From positions 60,001 through 92,000 of the forward strand of contig NC_002939.5 of assembly GCF_000007985.2 (NCBI RefSeq): a stretch of DNA of 32,000 bases, written 5' to 3'. Shown in pieces: positions 1 to 10,328 of the stretch. This DNA comes from Geobacter sulfurreducens PCA. Its GTDB lineage: Bacteria > Desulfobacterota > Desulfuromonadia > Geobacterales > Geobacteraceae. Under the pieces are notes generated by a model. That model worked only from the letters and a program-made list of their open reading frames with translations. It was not told where the DNA came from and made no database searches. Both the position numbers and the translations under genes were made by a program. Each line of letters opens with the position of its first letter. Positions within the stretch are counted from its first letter, which is position 1.

Positions 1-277
1 TTTCCCAGCCAGTGCCTAACTGGTTGTTGGTGTTGCCAACAAGGAAGCTGTTGTAGGAAAGGGACAACCGCGGGGCAAAACCGTGTACTCCGGATGGATG
101 TTCTACTTTATAGTCGTAATAATAAGTGCAAGTAAATAAATTTGATTGGTAAAAGTAACTGAAAATATTGCCTGCCCACACAGATGAGTCAAAAATTACA
201 GAGACGCAAAATATGGCCATTAAATACACCAGCCCGATTATAGTGGCCCGAATATATTTATACGCCTCACAGAACAT
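1..277 (-). CDS. Partial small hydrophobic protein just downstream of the RHS toxin tip (candidate immunity protein); runs off the window edge
   Basis: Minus-strand ORF with ATG at 277..275. GGAGA at 289..285 lies 7 nt upstream, and the start is about 24 nt after the RHS stop. Translated by eye it stays open to nt 1 (MFCEAYKYIRATIIGLVYLMAIFCVSVIFDSSVWAGNIF...). The N-terminus is hydrophobic and the DNA is AT-rich like the toxin tip. It is absent from the supplied ORF track because it is incomplete at the edge. Confidence 0.3.
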   Translation of the reverse strand, partial: MFCEAYKYIRATIIGLVYLMAIFCVSVIFDSSVWAGNIFSYFYQSNLFTCTYYYDYKVEHPSGVHGFAPRLSLSYNSFLVGNTNNQLGTGWE

Positions 278-301
278 TAAACATTCTCCATTTAAATGAA
301 T

Positions 302-1158
302 TTATCCGGCTTTATGTCCAAACAAGCCACATCTGATTTGGATATATATAAACCTTAGTTTTGATATTACCTCATAGGTAAGAGTTAATTTATCAGCAGC
401 ATATTCAGTTAATGCTTGTGATGCGCTAGCGTAATCACCGTTTTTAATGAATTCAATAATTTTTAATCCAGTTACTGAATCACCTATACCAGGCAGATTC
501 TCTACAGCTGACAATAAATCATCAGATTCTTCAACGCATTTATCTAGGCTGTTATCATATTCACCAATAAACACAGAAGTGTCTGGTAGATGATTAACAT
601 CAATATTATTGTCACTTGGGACTTGATTGTTTGTTAAAGATTCAGTTTCATGTGCTGCATTGTTTGTGGCTTTCATTCGGTTGCTTTGTGTTTTGGTTCG
701 AGAAATATTTTTTGCGACTTGATACTTCTTCCCCTCCTTAAACAGCTTCTTCGCCTTCTTCAGCGGTGTCTTGTCATGATCCGGATCAACCCCATGGGCG
801 ATCATCCATTTTTCTCTCTTTGACAGCTTTGCCTTCTTTTTCTTCTTGTAGCCATCCAGGTCAACATAACTGAGCGGATTGTTCCCCGCGTACGCATACA
901 GGTTCAGATCCTGCGGATCATCCAGATCGGGCTCCTCGACATCCGCCTGGGTGAAGTGCCGCAGTTCCGGGCTGACGTAGCGCGCCTCGAAGTTGTATAA
1001 CCCTGCCCCCTTGTCGTTTTCCTTGCCGGTGTAATAATTCTCTGTGCCGCCTTGCCTGACCTCGCCGAAGGGGAGATAGCTGGTGCTGCTGACCACCTGC
1101 CCGGAACCGTTGGTCACCGCGCTCACACCACCCAAATGGTCAGGATGATAGAAATAGG
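302..1158 (-). pseudogene. 5'-truncated RHS/YD-repeat protein: end of the RHS core plus a variable C-terminal (toxin-position) domain
   Basis: ORF 302..1210 (-). The stretch TYFYHPDHLGG...LPFGE...GLYNFEARYVSPELRHFTQAD...NLYAYAGNNPLSYVDLDG matches the RHS repeat-associated core end motif. The first 17 codons (MGQFSISEVGHFYIAAN) are read-through of the IS21 left end, so the gene is cut at about 1158. After VDLDG (about nt 851) come a Lys-rich linker and an unrecognised domain of about 180 aa. GC drops sharply below about nt 720. Confidence 0.75.
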
Positions 1159-1210
1159 TGTTAGCGGCAATGTAAAAATGACCCACTTCGGAAATCGAAA
1201 ATTGACCCAT
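1159..1210. repeat. IS21 left terminal inverted repeat region (outer site plus inner site)
   Basis: tgttagcggcaatGTAAAAATGACCCAC at 1159-1186 and CGAAAATTGACCCAT at 1196-1210. Both mirror sequences at the right end. Confidence 0.65.
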
Positions 1211-1226
1211 TCTTCCTCTATCCTAG

Positions 1227-3061
<1,835 letters not shown>

Positions 3062-3070
3062 TCCAGGAAG

Positions 3071-3133
3071 GTGGGTCATTTTTCAATTTCCGATCAACCG
3101 GTAAAGTGGGTCAATTTTCGATTGCCGTTGACA
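3071..3133. repeat. IS21 right terminal inverted repeat region (inner site plus outer site)
   Basis: GTGGGTCATTTTTC at 3071-3084 and GTGGGTCAATTTTCGATTGCCGTTGACA at 3106-3133. Their reverse complements align with the left-end sites. Confidence 0.65.
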
Positions 3134-3907
3134 CCCCGGCCCACCTATTACCGACCACCGGCAACATGCCTGCGCGAGGGCGACCTTGTGCTGATGCGTC
3201 GCATCGACGAGCTCTATTTGGAACACCCCTGGGCGGGCAGCAGAACGATGGCTACCTTGCTTTCCACTCCGGATGAGGTTGTCGGCCGAAAGCGGATCAG
3301 TCGCCTGATGCGGCTGATGGGGATCGAATCGGTCGCGCCGAAACCGGGAACCAGCAAGCGCCACCCCCAGCACCCGGTCTATCCGTATCTGTTGCGGGGC
3401 CTCGTCATCGACCGGCCCAACCAGGTCTGGGCCGCCGACGTCACCTATATCCCCATGGCCAAGGGGTTCATGTATCTGGTGGCCATCATGGACTGGACAA
3501 CCCGGAAAGTCCTTTCCTGGCGGCTGTCTAACACCCTCGACAGCAGGTTCTGCGTCGAGGCTCTGAATGAAGCTCTCAGCAACTTCGGCACCCCGGAGAT
3601 CTTCAACACCGATCAGGGGTGCCAGTTCACCAGTGAAGCCTTTACCTCCGTGCTCACCGCCAACGGCATCCGGATCAGCATGGACGGCAAAGGACGCTGC
3701 CTCGACAACGTCTTCGTCGAGCGACTGTGGCGCACTCTCAAGTACGAGAGGCTTTATCTCAAAAGCTTTGACTCCGGGATTGAACTTTCCCGGGAGCTTT
3801 CATCCTGGTTCTCGTGGTATAACGGTGTCCGCCCTCACCAATCCCTCAAGAAGCGGACCCCGGACCAGGTTTACTTTGCTGGACTGCCCGAGAAAAAGGC
3901 TGCCTGA
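3134..3907 (+). pseudogene. 5'-truncated IS3-family transposase orfB (rve/DDE integrase core); orfA and the left end are missing
   Basis: Track ORF 3071..3907. The first 21-22 codons are IS21 right-end sequence. From RPTYYRPP... onward it reads like IS3 orfB: LMRRIDELYLEHPWAGSRTMATLL, WAADVTYIP (D), FNTDQGCQFTS (D), DNVFVERLWRTLKYE (E), YNGVRPHQSL. No orfA or frameshift region lies upstream. Confidence 0.8.
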
Positions 3908-4128
3908 AGCCTGTAAACCCAACAACCATGGGCCGTTGCTTAAACACCCCTTCAGGCTGTCTCACAAACCGGCACCACCTCAACCCCAGCAGCTCTGGGC
4001 GAGTAGAAGATCGTTGGCTACACTTCTATTCAAACCCGATAACTTTTTGTCTCAAGGAAGTTAGTCTTAATGTTGCTTTACGATGGGAGTATTTTTTCAT
4101 CACCTTATGCCGATTTCAGGGGGGACAT

Positions 4129-5091
4129 GTGGGAGACCGTCTATATTTCGAGCGGTTCATCTGGTTTGACAGCCAAATTCGCAACGGATGCTATCCCAAT
4201 GCCTCGGCGCTTGCCAGGAAATTTGAATTCGACATAAAGACTGCCCAGCGGTCCATCGAATATTTTCGGGACCGTCTTGGCGCTCCCCTAGACTATGACG
4301 CATCCCGTCGGGGATATCGATATTACGACCCCAACTACCAACTCCCCGTCACCCATCTCTCCGAAAGCGAACTTGTGGCGCTGCTGGCATCGCGCAAGCT
4401 TCTCACAGATGCGGCAGCCGGTCCTCTTGGTGACGAACTCGAGAAAGTATCCAATCGTCTCGGTGCACTACTTTCAAATGGTCTCAAAGGAAAGATAAAC
4501 CCCGAGCGCGCCTTTTCCTTCCGTTGGAACGGCATGGCTGCAAGTGATCCCGTCATATTCGAGCAGGCCGTCAGTGCCTTGCTCTCCTGCCGTCTTCTCA
4601 CCTTCTGCTACTATTCTCCCCTTGCCGGTGCCTGCACCGCGCGCACCGTCGAGCCTCACCACATGATCAACTATATGGGAGCATGGCATCTGATTGCCTG
4701 GTGCCGCCTTCGTAATGACTGGCGCGATTTTCATCTGGCCCGGGTGTCCCTGGCCCATCTTGAGGAGGAAATTTTCTCGCCGCGCGATGAAACCACTTGG
4801 CGTCCCTGTCTCGATGAGACGTTCGGTATCTTCCAGAACCGCGAGCGGTTCGATGTCACCATCAGATTTTCCGCCGATAGAGCCCGCTGGGTCAGGGAAG
4901 AGCTCTGGCATCAGGATCAATCCACAAGAGATCTCGATACGGGAGAAGTCGAGCTGACGATTCCCGTCTCGCACGAGGCGGAGATCCTTATGGAGGTCCT
5001 CAAGCATGGCTCCCATGCAGAGGTCATGGAACCAATTTGGCTTCGCGATCGAATCCGAGAGGAAATCGGGAAGATGCAAAAAAAATATTAG
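4129..5091 (+). CDS. WYL-domain transcriptional regulator (HTH - WYL - C-terminal extension), CRISPR-associated by position
   Basis: Track ORF 3928..5091. The first usable in-frame start is GTG 4129, preceded by a GGGGGG run. N-terminal HTH-like region (NASALARKFEFDIKTAQRSIEYFRDRLGAPLDYDASRRGYRY). WYL-domain signature GAWHLIAWCRLRNDWRDFHLARV (WHL variant, RxFxLxRV). Confidence 0.75.
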   Translation: MGDRLYFERFIWFDSQIRNGCYPNASALARKFEFDIKTAQRSIEYFRDRLGAPLDYDASRRGYRYYDPNYQLPVTHLSESELVALLASRKLLTDAAAGPLGDELEKVSNRLGALLSNGLKGKINPERAFSFRWNGMAASDPVIFEQAVSALLSCRLLTFCYYSPLAGACTARTVEPHHMINYMGAWHLIAWCRLRNDWRDFHLARVSLAHLEEEIFSPRDETTWRPCLDETFGIFQNRERFDVTIRFSADRARWVREELWHQDQSTRDLDTGEVELTIPVSHEAEILMEVLKHGSHAEVMEPIWLRDRIREEIGKMQKKY

Positions 5092-5164
5092 ACCTGGTAC
5101 ACGGGATGGGGGATGTGGGCTGATAGGATGGTACCCGGCATACATCACGGTTCGGAGGGGTGCC

Positions 5165-5563
5165 ATGATCGGGAGGAGGGACTTTTTCAAGGTATTAGGA
5201 TTAGCGGCCTTGATTCCGGCTGCGCCGCTGAAACCCGCATCTGCGGGAAGGCGCATTGATCTCCTGGAGGTCCATATCGCCGGTTTCCAATATCACGAGG
5301 GGATGAGCGCCGGAGTGTTCTCAATGCTTAAAAGAGGAGGCGAGCTTTGCCTGCGGCGTGAGCCGGACAACCCCTATGACCCCTTCGCCATTGCCATGGA
5401 AACTCAAGCCGGAAACAAGCTTGGGTATCTCCCCCGCAGGATCAACGGCATTCCGGCGGCGATTCTCGACCAAGGCGTTACAACGAGGGCTGAGATTGTG
5501 GAAATAGATGCATTGGCTCCTCCTTGGGAGAGAGTGCTGGTGAGGGTTTGGCAGGAGGTGTGA
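5165..5563 (+). CDS. HIRAN-domain protein with a twin-arginine (Tat)-type signal peptide
   Basis: ATG 5165 is preceded by GGAGGGG. The N-terminus MIGRRDFFKVLGLAALIPAAPLKPASA|G carries an RRxFFK Tat motif, a hydrophobic core and an ASA cleavage-type site. The HIRAN core reads VHIAGFQYHEG...GELCLRREPDNPYDPFAIAM...KLGYLPRR. The stop lies 5 nt before the cas3 start. Confidence 0.75.
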   Translation: MIGRRDFFKVLGLAALIPAAPLKPASAGRRIDLLEVHIAGFQYHEGMSAGVFSMLKRGGELCLRREPDNPYDPFAIAMETQAGNKLGYLPRRINGIPAAILDQGVTTRAEIVEIDALAPPWERVLVRVWQEV

Positions 5564-5568
5564 GGAAA

Positions 5569-8334
5569 ATGGTTGAACGGGGGATAACTATGTCGACATC
5601 TGAAGATTTTGAATCAAACTACAAACTCCTAACAGGTAATAGTCCTTTCCCATGGCAGCGGAAGCTATTCACCATGTTTGTAGACAAACGGTTTCCAGAA
5701 ACTTGCCCTGTCCCGACTGGCCTCGGGAAAACTTCAATCATCGCAATCTGGCTTCTGGCAGTGGCCCACCATACCCGTAACGGCACAGTTACTGAATTTC
5801 CGCGGCGCCTCGTCTATGTGGTGAACCGGAGAACCGTGGTGGACCAGGCTACGGATGAAGCCAGAAAAATGCTTGAAGCACTCATTACCAAGCCAGAACT
5901 CTGTGCTGTTGCTGATGTGCTGAGTTCGCTCGCGACCCGGGCTGATGCAGCACCTTTGGCGATCAGCACGCTACGAGGACAGTTCGCTGACAACGCGGAG
6001 TGGCGGGACGACCCGGCCCGGTCTGCCGTGATCGTCGGCACGGTGGATATGATTGGCAGTCGATTGCTCTTTTCCGGTTACGGGTGTGGGTTCAAGTCCC
6101 GTCCGTTGCATGCTGGATTTCTCGGACAGGACACCTTACTGGTTCATGACGAGGCCCACCTGGAGCCCGCATTTCAGGAGCTGGTATCGGCCATTGCATC
6201 GGAACAGCAGCGCCGCCGCGACTTCTGGCAGTTACGAGTCATGGAACTAACGGCAACTTCTCGTTCTGACATTACTGACGCGAATACTCTCTTTACAGGG
6301 GAAGACCGGAAACATGATGTGGCCCGGAAACGACTCGAAGCGAAAAAAGGGATTTCTTTTCATCCGGTTGACGATGAAAAGAGGGTTACTGAGAAGGTTG
6401 AACAACTGACCAAAGGGTACAAAGACAGTGGGCAGGCAATTCTCGTCTTTCTTCGCGGGGTCAAAGAGGTGATGAAGGTAGCGGCATTTCTGCGCAAGGT
6501 GGTGCCGGATGGTGTAGAGACCCTGACCGGCACCCTGCGCGGCTTCGAGCGCGACACGTTGGCCAGGGAAAATGCCGTCTTTGCCCGCTTCATGCCTCAC
6601 TCCGAAGCGATACCACAGCAGGGCACCGTCTATCTCGTGTGTACCTCCGCCGGAGAAGTCGGGGTCAACATATCAGCGGATCATCTTGTCTGCGACCTGA
6701 CCCCCTTCGAAAGCATGATGCAACGCTTTGGACGGGTGAATCGATTTGGTGATGGCAATGCACATATCGACGTCGTTCATCGCCCATTCGGAAAGGGCTC
6801 TGGTTTCGACGAATCTGCGCCCGCCGCATTGGACGATGATCCGTCAGCGGGGGCCGCCAGCCAGGACGATCTAACTGCCGACGCGGCGCCCAAGAAGAAA
6901 GAGAAACCGTTGTCACCTTTTGATCGGGCTTGCGCACAAACGCTGTCCGTGTTGAAGCAACTGCCCTTGCGTGAAGACCGGCGTCGCGATGCGAGCCCTG
7001 CGGCACTAAGCGAAATACCCCTTGCCGACCGGCAAGCTGCTTTCACGCCACCTCCCGTCATTCTTCCGATAAGTGACATTCTTTTCGATGTCTGGGCGCT
7101 GACCTCGGTTCGCCAGAAACTGCCCGGCCGACCGCCAGTTGCCGATTGGCTGCATGGCGTTACCGAATGGGAGCCGCCTGCAACCCATGTTGCATGGCGG
7201 GATGAGGTCTATCTGGTCAGCGGCATGTTGGAGATCTGTCCGCCCGAAGACCTGCTTGAAGACTATCCCCTCAAGCCTCACGAATTGTTGCGCGACCAGA
7301 CCACACGGGTGTTTTCCGAGCTTGAGAAAATCGCCAGCCGATGTCCGGCAAAGCCTGTATGGCTTCTCAACGCTGACGGCAAGGTTGACGTGCTTCCCTT
7401 GGAGAAATTAGTCGATAGGGACAAGCTGAGACTGGCCGACTGTACTGTGTTGCTGCCGCCAGCGGTTGGTGGCCTCGACGGAGGCATGCTCAACGGTGAT
7501 GCCGCTTATGACCCCAAGGTGGTTTATGACATAGCAGATCAATGGTTGGGCGAGAACGACAGGCCGCGTCGTTGCCGCCTTTGGGACAACGAGGGCCCTT
7601 TATCAGGAATGCGGCTTGTGCGAACTATCGACGTGCGCCCCGATGCCGAAGAACAGGAGGAAGAAAGCGCAGAATCAACTATACGGCGGTGCTGGCATTG
7701 GTATGTACGGCCCCGCTCCGCTGACGATGATGGCTCAAGGACGGCACGAGTAAATCAGGAACTGACATCCCACCTTCGGTCTGCCGAAGACTTCGCCAAG
7801 AAGCTCGTCGACAGGCTCGGCTTGGGCGCGCTGGAAGCAAAGGCGGTAGTCTTGGCAGCGCGCTGGCATGACCTCGGCAAAGATCGCCTGATCTGGCAGC
7901 GCTCCATCGGTAATCGTGACTACCCTGGGCTTGTCCTGGCGAAGTCCGGGTCCGGAATGCGGCCTATCGATCTCAGCGACTATCGGCATGAGCTCGGATC
8001 ACTTATCGACATATCCAACTACCCGGAGTTTCTTGAATTGTCTGAGGAGTTACAAGATCTCGTTCTGCATCTGGTCGCAGCCCATCATGGCCGGGCTCGG
8101 CCCCACTTCCCGGAAAAGGAAACGTTTGATTATGACCGGTCAGAAGAGGCCGTAGCGGCTATCGTCAGTGAGGTCCCCCGCCGTTATGGCCGGTTGCAGC
8201 GGAAATACGGCCGGTGGGGGCTTGCCTATCTTGAATCCTTGGTACGTGCTGCCGATGCCATGGCGTCACAATATGTCGCTGGTGAAGACCCCGCTTATGG
8301 CAATGCTGCGTTGTCCCTGGGAGGTGCCCAATGA
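5569..8334 (+). CDS. cas3: Cas3 helicase-nuclease, type I-G/I-U architecture (SF2 DEAH helicase with C-terminal HD nuclease)
   Basis: Start at ATG 5569 (AGGAGG upstream) or ATG 5590. Motif I PTGLGKTS, motif II VHDEAH, motif III TATS. The C-terminal HD domain reads ARWHDLGKDRLIWQ...YRHELGS...VAAHHGRARPHF. The stop overlaps the csb3 start (ATGA at 8331-8334). Confidence 0.9.
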   Translation: MVERGITMSTSEDFESNYKLLTGNSPFPWQRKLFTMFVDKRFPETCPVPTGLGKTSIIAIWLLAVAHHTRNGTVTEFPRRLVYVVNRRTVVDQATDEARKMLEALITKPELCAVADVLSSLATRADAAPLAISTLRGQFADNAEWRDDPARSAVIVGTVDMIGSRLLFSGYGCGFKSRPLHAGFLGQDTLLVHDEAHLEPAFQELVSAIASEQQRRRDFWQLRVMELTATSRSDITDANTLFTGEDRKHDVARKRLEAKKGISFHPVDDEKRVTEKVEQLTKGYKDSGQAILVFLRGVKEVMKVAAFLRKVVPDGVETLTGTLRGFERDTLARENAVFARFMPHSEAIPQQGTVYLVCTSAGEVGVNISADHLVCDLTPFESMMQRFGRVNRFGDGNAHIDVVHRPFGKGSGFDESAPAALDDDPSAGAASQDDLTADAAPKKKEKPLSPFDRACAQTLSVLKQLPLREDRRRDASPAALSEIPLADRQAAFTPPPVILPISDILFDVWALTSVRQKLPGRPPVADWLHGVTEWEPPATHVAWRDEVYLVSGMLEICPPEDLLEDYPLKPHELLRDQTTRVFSELEKIASRCPAKPVWLLNADGKVDVLPLEKLVDRDKLRLADCTVLLPPAVGGLDGGMLNGDAAYDPKVVYDIADQWLGENDRPRRCRLWDNEGPLSGMRLVRTIDVRPDAEEQEEESAESTIRRCWHWYVRPRSADDDGSRTARVNQELTSHLRSAEDFAKKLVDRLGLGALEAKAVVLAARWHDLGKDRLIWQRSIGNRDYPGLVLAKSGSGMRPIDLSDYRHELGSLIDISNYPEFLELSEELQDLVLHLVAAHHGRARPHFPEKETFDYDRSEEAVAAIVSEVPRRYGRLQRKYGRWGLAYLESLVRAADAMASQYVAGEDPAYGNAALSLGGAQ

Positions 8335-9221
8335 GTTCGAATTCAAAGTCCGCAATCAGCATTCGCGTCGATCCCACCAACCCCGGCCAGTTCTTTGCTT
8401 GCTGCGGCCTGCTTGAATTGGCCGACCGGCTTTGGGATGGAGCGGAAGGATGGTTCGATAAGGATGGTTTCCTGTTCTCTTTAAGGCCATATCAAGAAAA
8501 AGCTCAGAAATGTGCCCCTGCAACACTTCTTGCCGAGATTACCCGGTGTCGCCTTACCAACACCATGTCAGATTCGGAGCTAAAACGCCGCGATCAGCTC
8601 ATGGCTGTGCCGAAGAAGATAATCGAATCCGACCCTTCGCTTGAAGCCGAGAAGAAAGTTCTGGACAAGCTTTGGCGGGAAGCTCCTCTTGTACTTCATT
8701 CACCATTCAATATTCGTGTTGACTGGTTTCTCGACGAATATTGTGGTGGAACAATGTTCAAGACATGGGCCGGGCAGCAATCTGTATTTGAAATCGGGCG
8801 GGGAATGAAAGCAGCTTTGGATTCTGGGGATTGGAGTCATACGTCTCCGGATGACTGGTTGCGAAGACGCATGCTGAATGATTCTCTGCCGTTCAACTTC
8901 GATTCTGAACTTGGTGGAGTAGGGTCCGATCTCGACGTTGGATTCAGCTTTGACCCCTTGAAGACAATCAAAGTTCAGGCACGGCCACTCCTGGAGTTCC
9001 TTGCATTCGTCGGATTGCAGCGGTTCCGCCCCATGAAGATTAATGCCGAGAACCGGTTTCAGTATTTTCTTTGGTTCGGTCCTCTTGTCTCAGAGGTCGC
9101 TGCACCAGCGGCCTGTGGCCTGTTTGGGCCAGTTCGCCTAAAGGCATTTGAATTTCGACTGCTTTATCGCACTAAGTACCTGAAAAGTTTTCTTCCCGCA
9201 ACCCCAATTCAAAGGAGCTGA
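8331..9221 (+). CDS. csb3: Csb3-type protein in the large-subunit (Cas8u/Cas8g-like) position of the type I-G effector
   Basis: 296-aa ORF, translationally coupled to cas3 and sitting directly upstream of csb1. The N-terminus ISIRVDPTNPGQFFACCGLLELADRLW fits my memory of the GSU0052/Csb3 family. The assignment rests mainly on position and the gene set. Confidence 0.7.
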   Translation: MSSNSKSAISIRVDPTNPGQFFACCGLLELADRLWDGAEGWFDKDGFLFSLRPYQEKAQKCAPATLLAEITRCRLTNTMSDSELKRRDQLMAVPKKIIESDPSLEAEKKVLDKLWREAPLVLHSPFNIRVDWFLDEYCGGTMFKTWAGQQSVFEIGRGMKAALDSGDWSHTSPDDWLRRRMLNDSLPFNFDSELGGVGSDLDVGFSFDPLKTIKVQARPLLEFLAFVGLQRFRPMKINAENRFQYFLWFGPLVSEVAAPAACGLFGPVRLKAFEFRLLYRTKYLKSFLPATPIQRS

Positions 9222-9223
9222 CA

Positions 9224-10315
9224 ATGAACGATCTCGTGCAGAAGTATGACCATTGGTTGGAAAACTCCGGACCTGCGGCACTGGTTATTCGCGAACAACT
9301 GATGCCCGTCGAGGGACGTGACGGTGTGCTGTTTCCAGCGACCTTTGCCGATACCGGCTACAACATCGACAAATTCGACGATGGCGGCAATGTCTGCCTG
9401 ATCGACAGTGTCGGGTCCCAGGCAAACAGGATCGAGCCGATCTTCATGACTAAGGATTACGCTGGCCTTGTCCCCCAAATAGTGGTCCAGGCGGGAAACA
9501 AAAAAGTAAATCTTCTCGAAGCAGGGCATCGAGCCGGGGACGCGATTATTCGCTGTTCTGAGTTGCAGCAAACCCTTAGGGCTGCGTTCAACAACGTTCT
9601 GAATGGCAATGCAGAGCCACTAGCCCGTATAGCACCCACCTCGCTTGTGTTTGGCGTGTGGGATTCACGAGATACCCAAGCCAAATTGCCCAGACTCGTT
9701 GCCTCGACCATAAGGGCCTACAATGTTCGCCCTCTCACCCGCTCTGCCCAGTATGTGCCGGCTGTTGACTACAACGCCGAAGGGCTTTTGGAAGAGCCCG
9801 GTGACTTGCGAGATGCTGAAGGCAAAGTCAAGAGCAAGCACCCGTTTGCCCAACGCGGGTTTGTGCATGTCCCGGCGACAGGTGCTCTCGGCGGCGTAAT
9901 CGCCACCGGGGGGATTCGCCGTGACGCCACACTCCACCTTGCCGCGCTCCGCTTGCTTTCGGCAGGCCAAGACGAAGCAAAGTCCAAGGCCCTTCGCCGC
10001 TATATACTCAGTCTTGCCTTAACAGCATTTACTGTGCCTGTAACTGGCTATCTGCGTCAGGGCTGCAATCTTGTGCTCGACCCTGAAAACCCCCTTGAGT
10101 TTAAAGAGGTTTTTAATGATGGGACGCGCAATGACGTCGGTATTACGCACACCGAAGCGATTGTCTATGCAAAGGCAGTTGCAAAGGAGTTTGGCATTGA
10201 CCCCGAGCGTAACCTTGACGAAAAAAAAGCCCCGGATCGAGAAGTACCGTTTGACAAGGTACTGGCGAAAAAAGATGTGAGCGATGCCGGAGGCTCTAAG
10301 AAAAAAGCAAAATGA
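9224..10315 (+). CDS. csb1: Csb1 (Cas7-family backbone subunit of type I-G)
   Basis: 363-aa ORF, with AAAGGAG upstream of ATG 9224. It occupies the position between csb3 and csb2, the canonical I-U/I-G order. The C-terminal tail is Lys-rich. Confidence 0.75.
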   Translation: MNDLVQKYDHWLENSGPAALVIREQLMPVEGRDGVLFPATFADTGYNIDKFDDGGNVCLIDSVGSQANRIEPIFMTKDYAGLVPQIVVQAGNKKVNLLEAGHRAGDAIIRCSELQQTLRAAFNNVLNGNAEPLARIAPTSLVFGVWDSRDTQAKLPRLVASTIRAYNVRPLTRSAQYVPAVDYNAEGLLEEPGDLRDAEGKVKSKHPFAQRGFVHVPATGALGGVIATGGIRRDATLHLAALRLLSAGQDEAKSKALRRYILSLALTAFTVPVTGYLRQGCNLVLDPENPLEFKEVFNDGTRNDVGITHTEAIVYAKAVAKEFGIDPERNLDEKKAPDREVPFDKVLAKKDVSDAGGSKKKAK

Positions 10316-10328
10316 GCGGGGGAATCCC

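Noticed and set aside
4474-5256. 260-aa minus-strand ORF. Also 10165..10779 (-) and 11045..11518 (-)
   Set aside because: They are antisense to the WYL regulator/HIRAN and csb2 genes, and no motifs support them.
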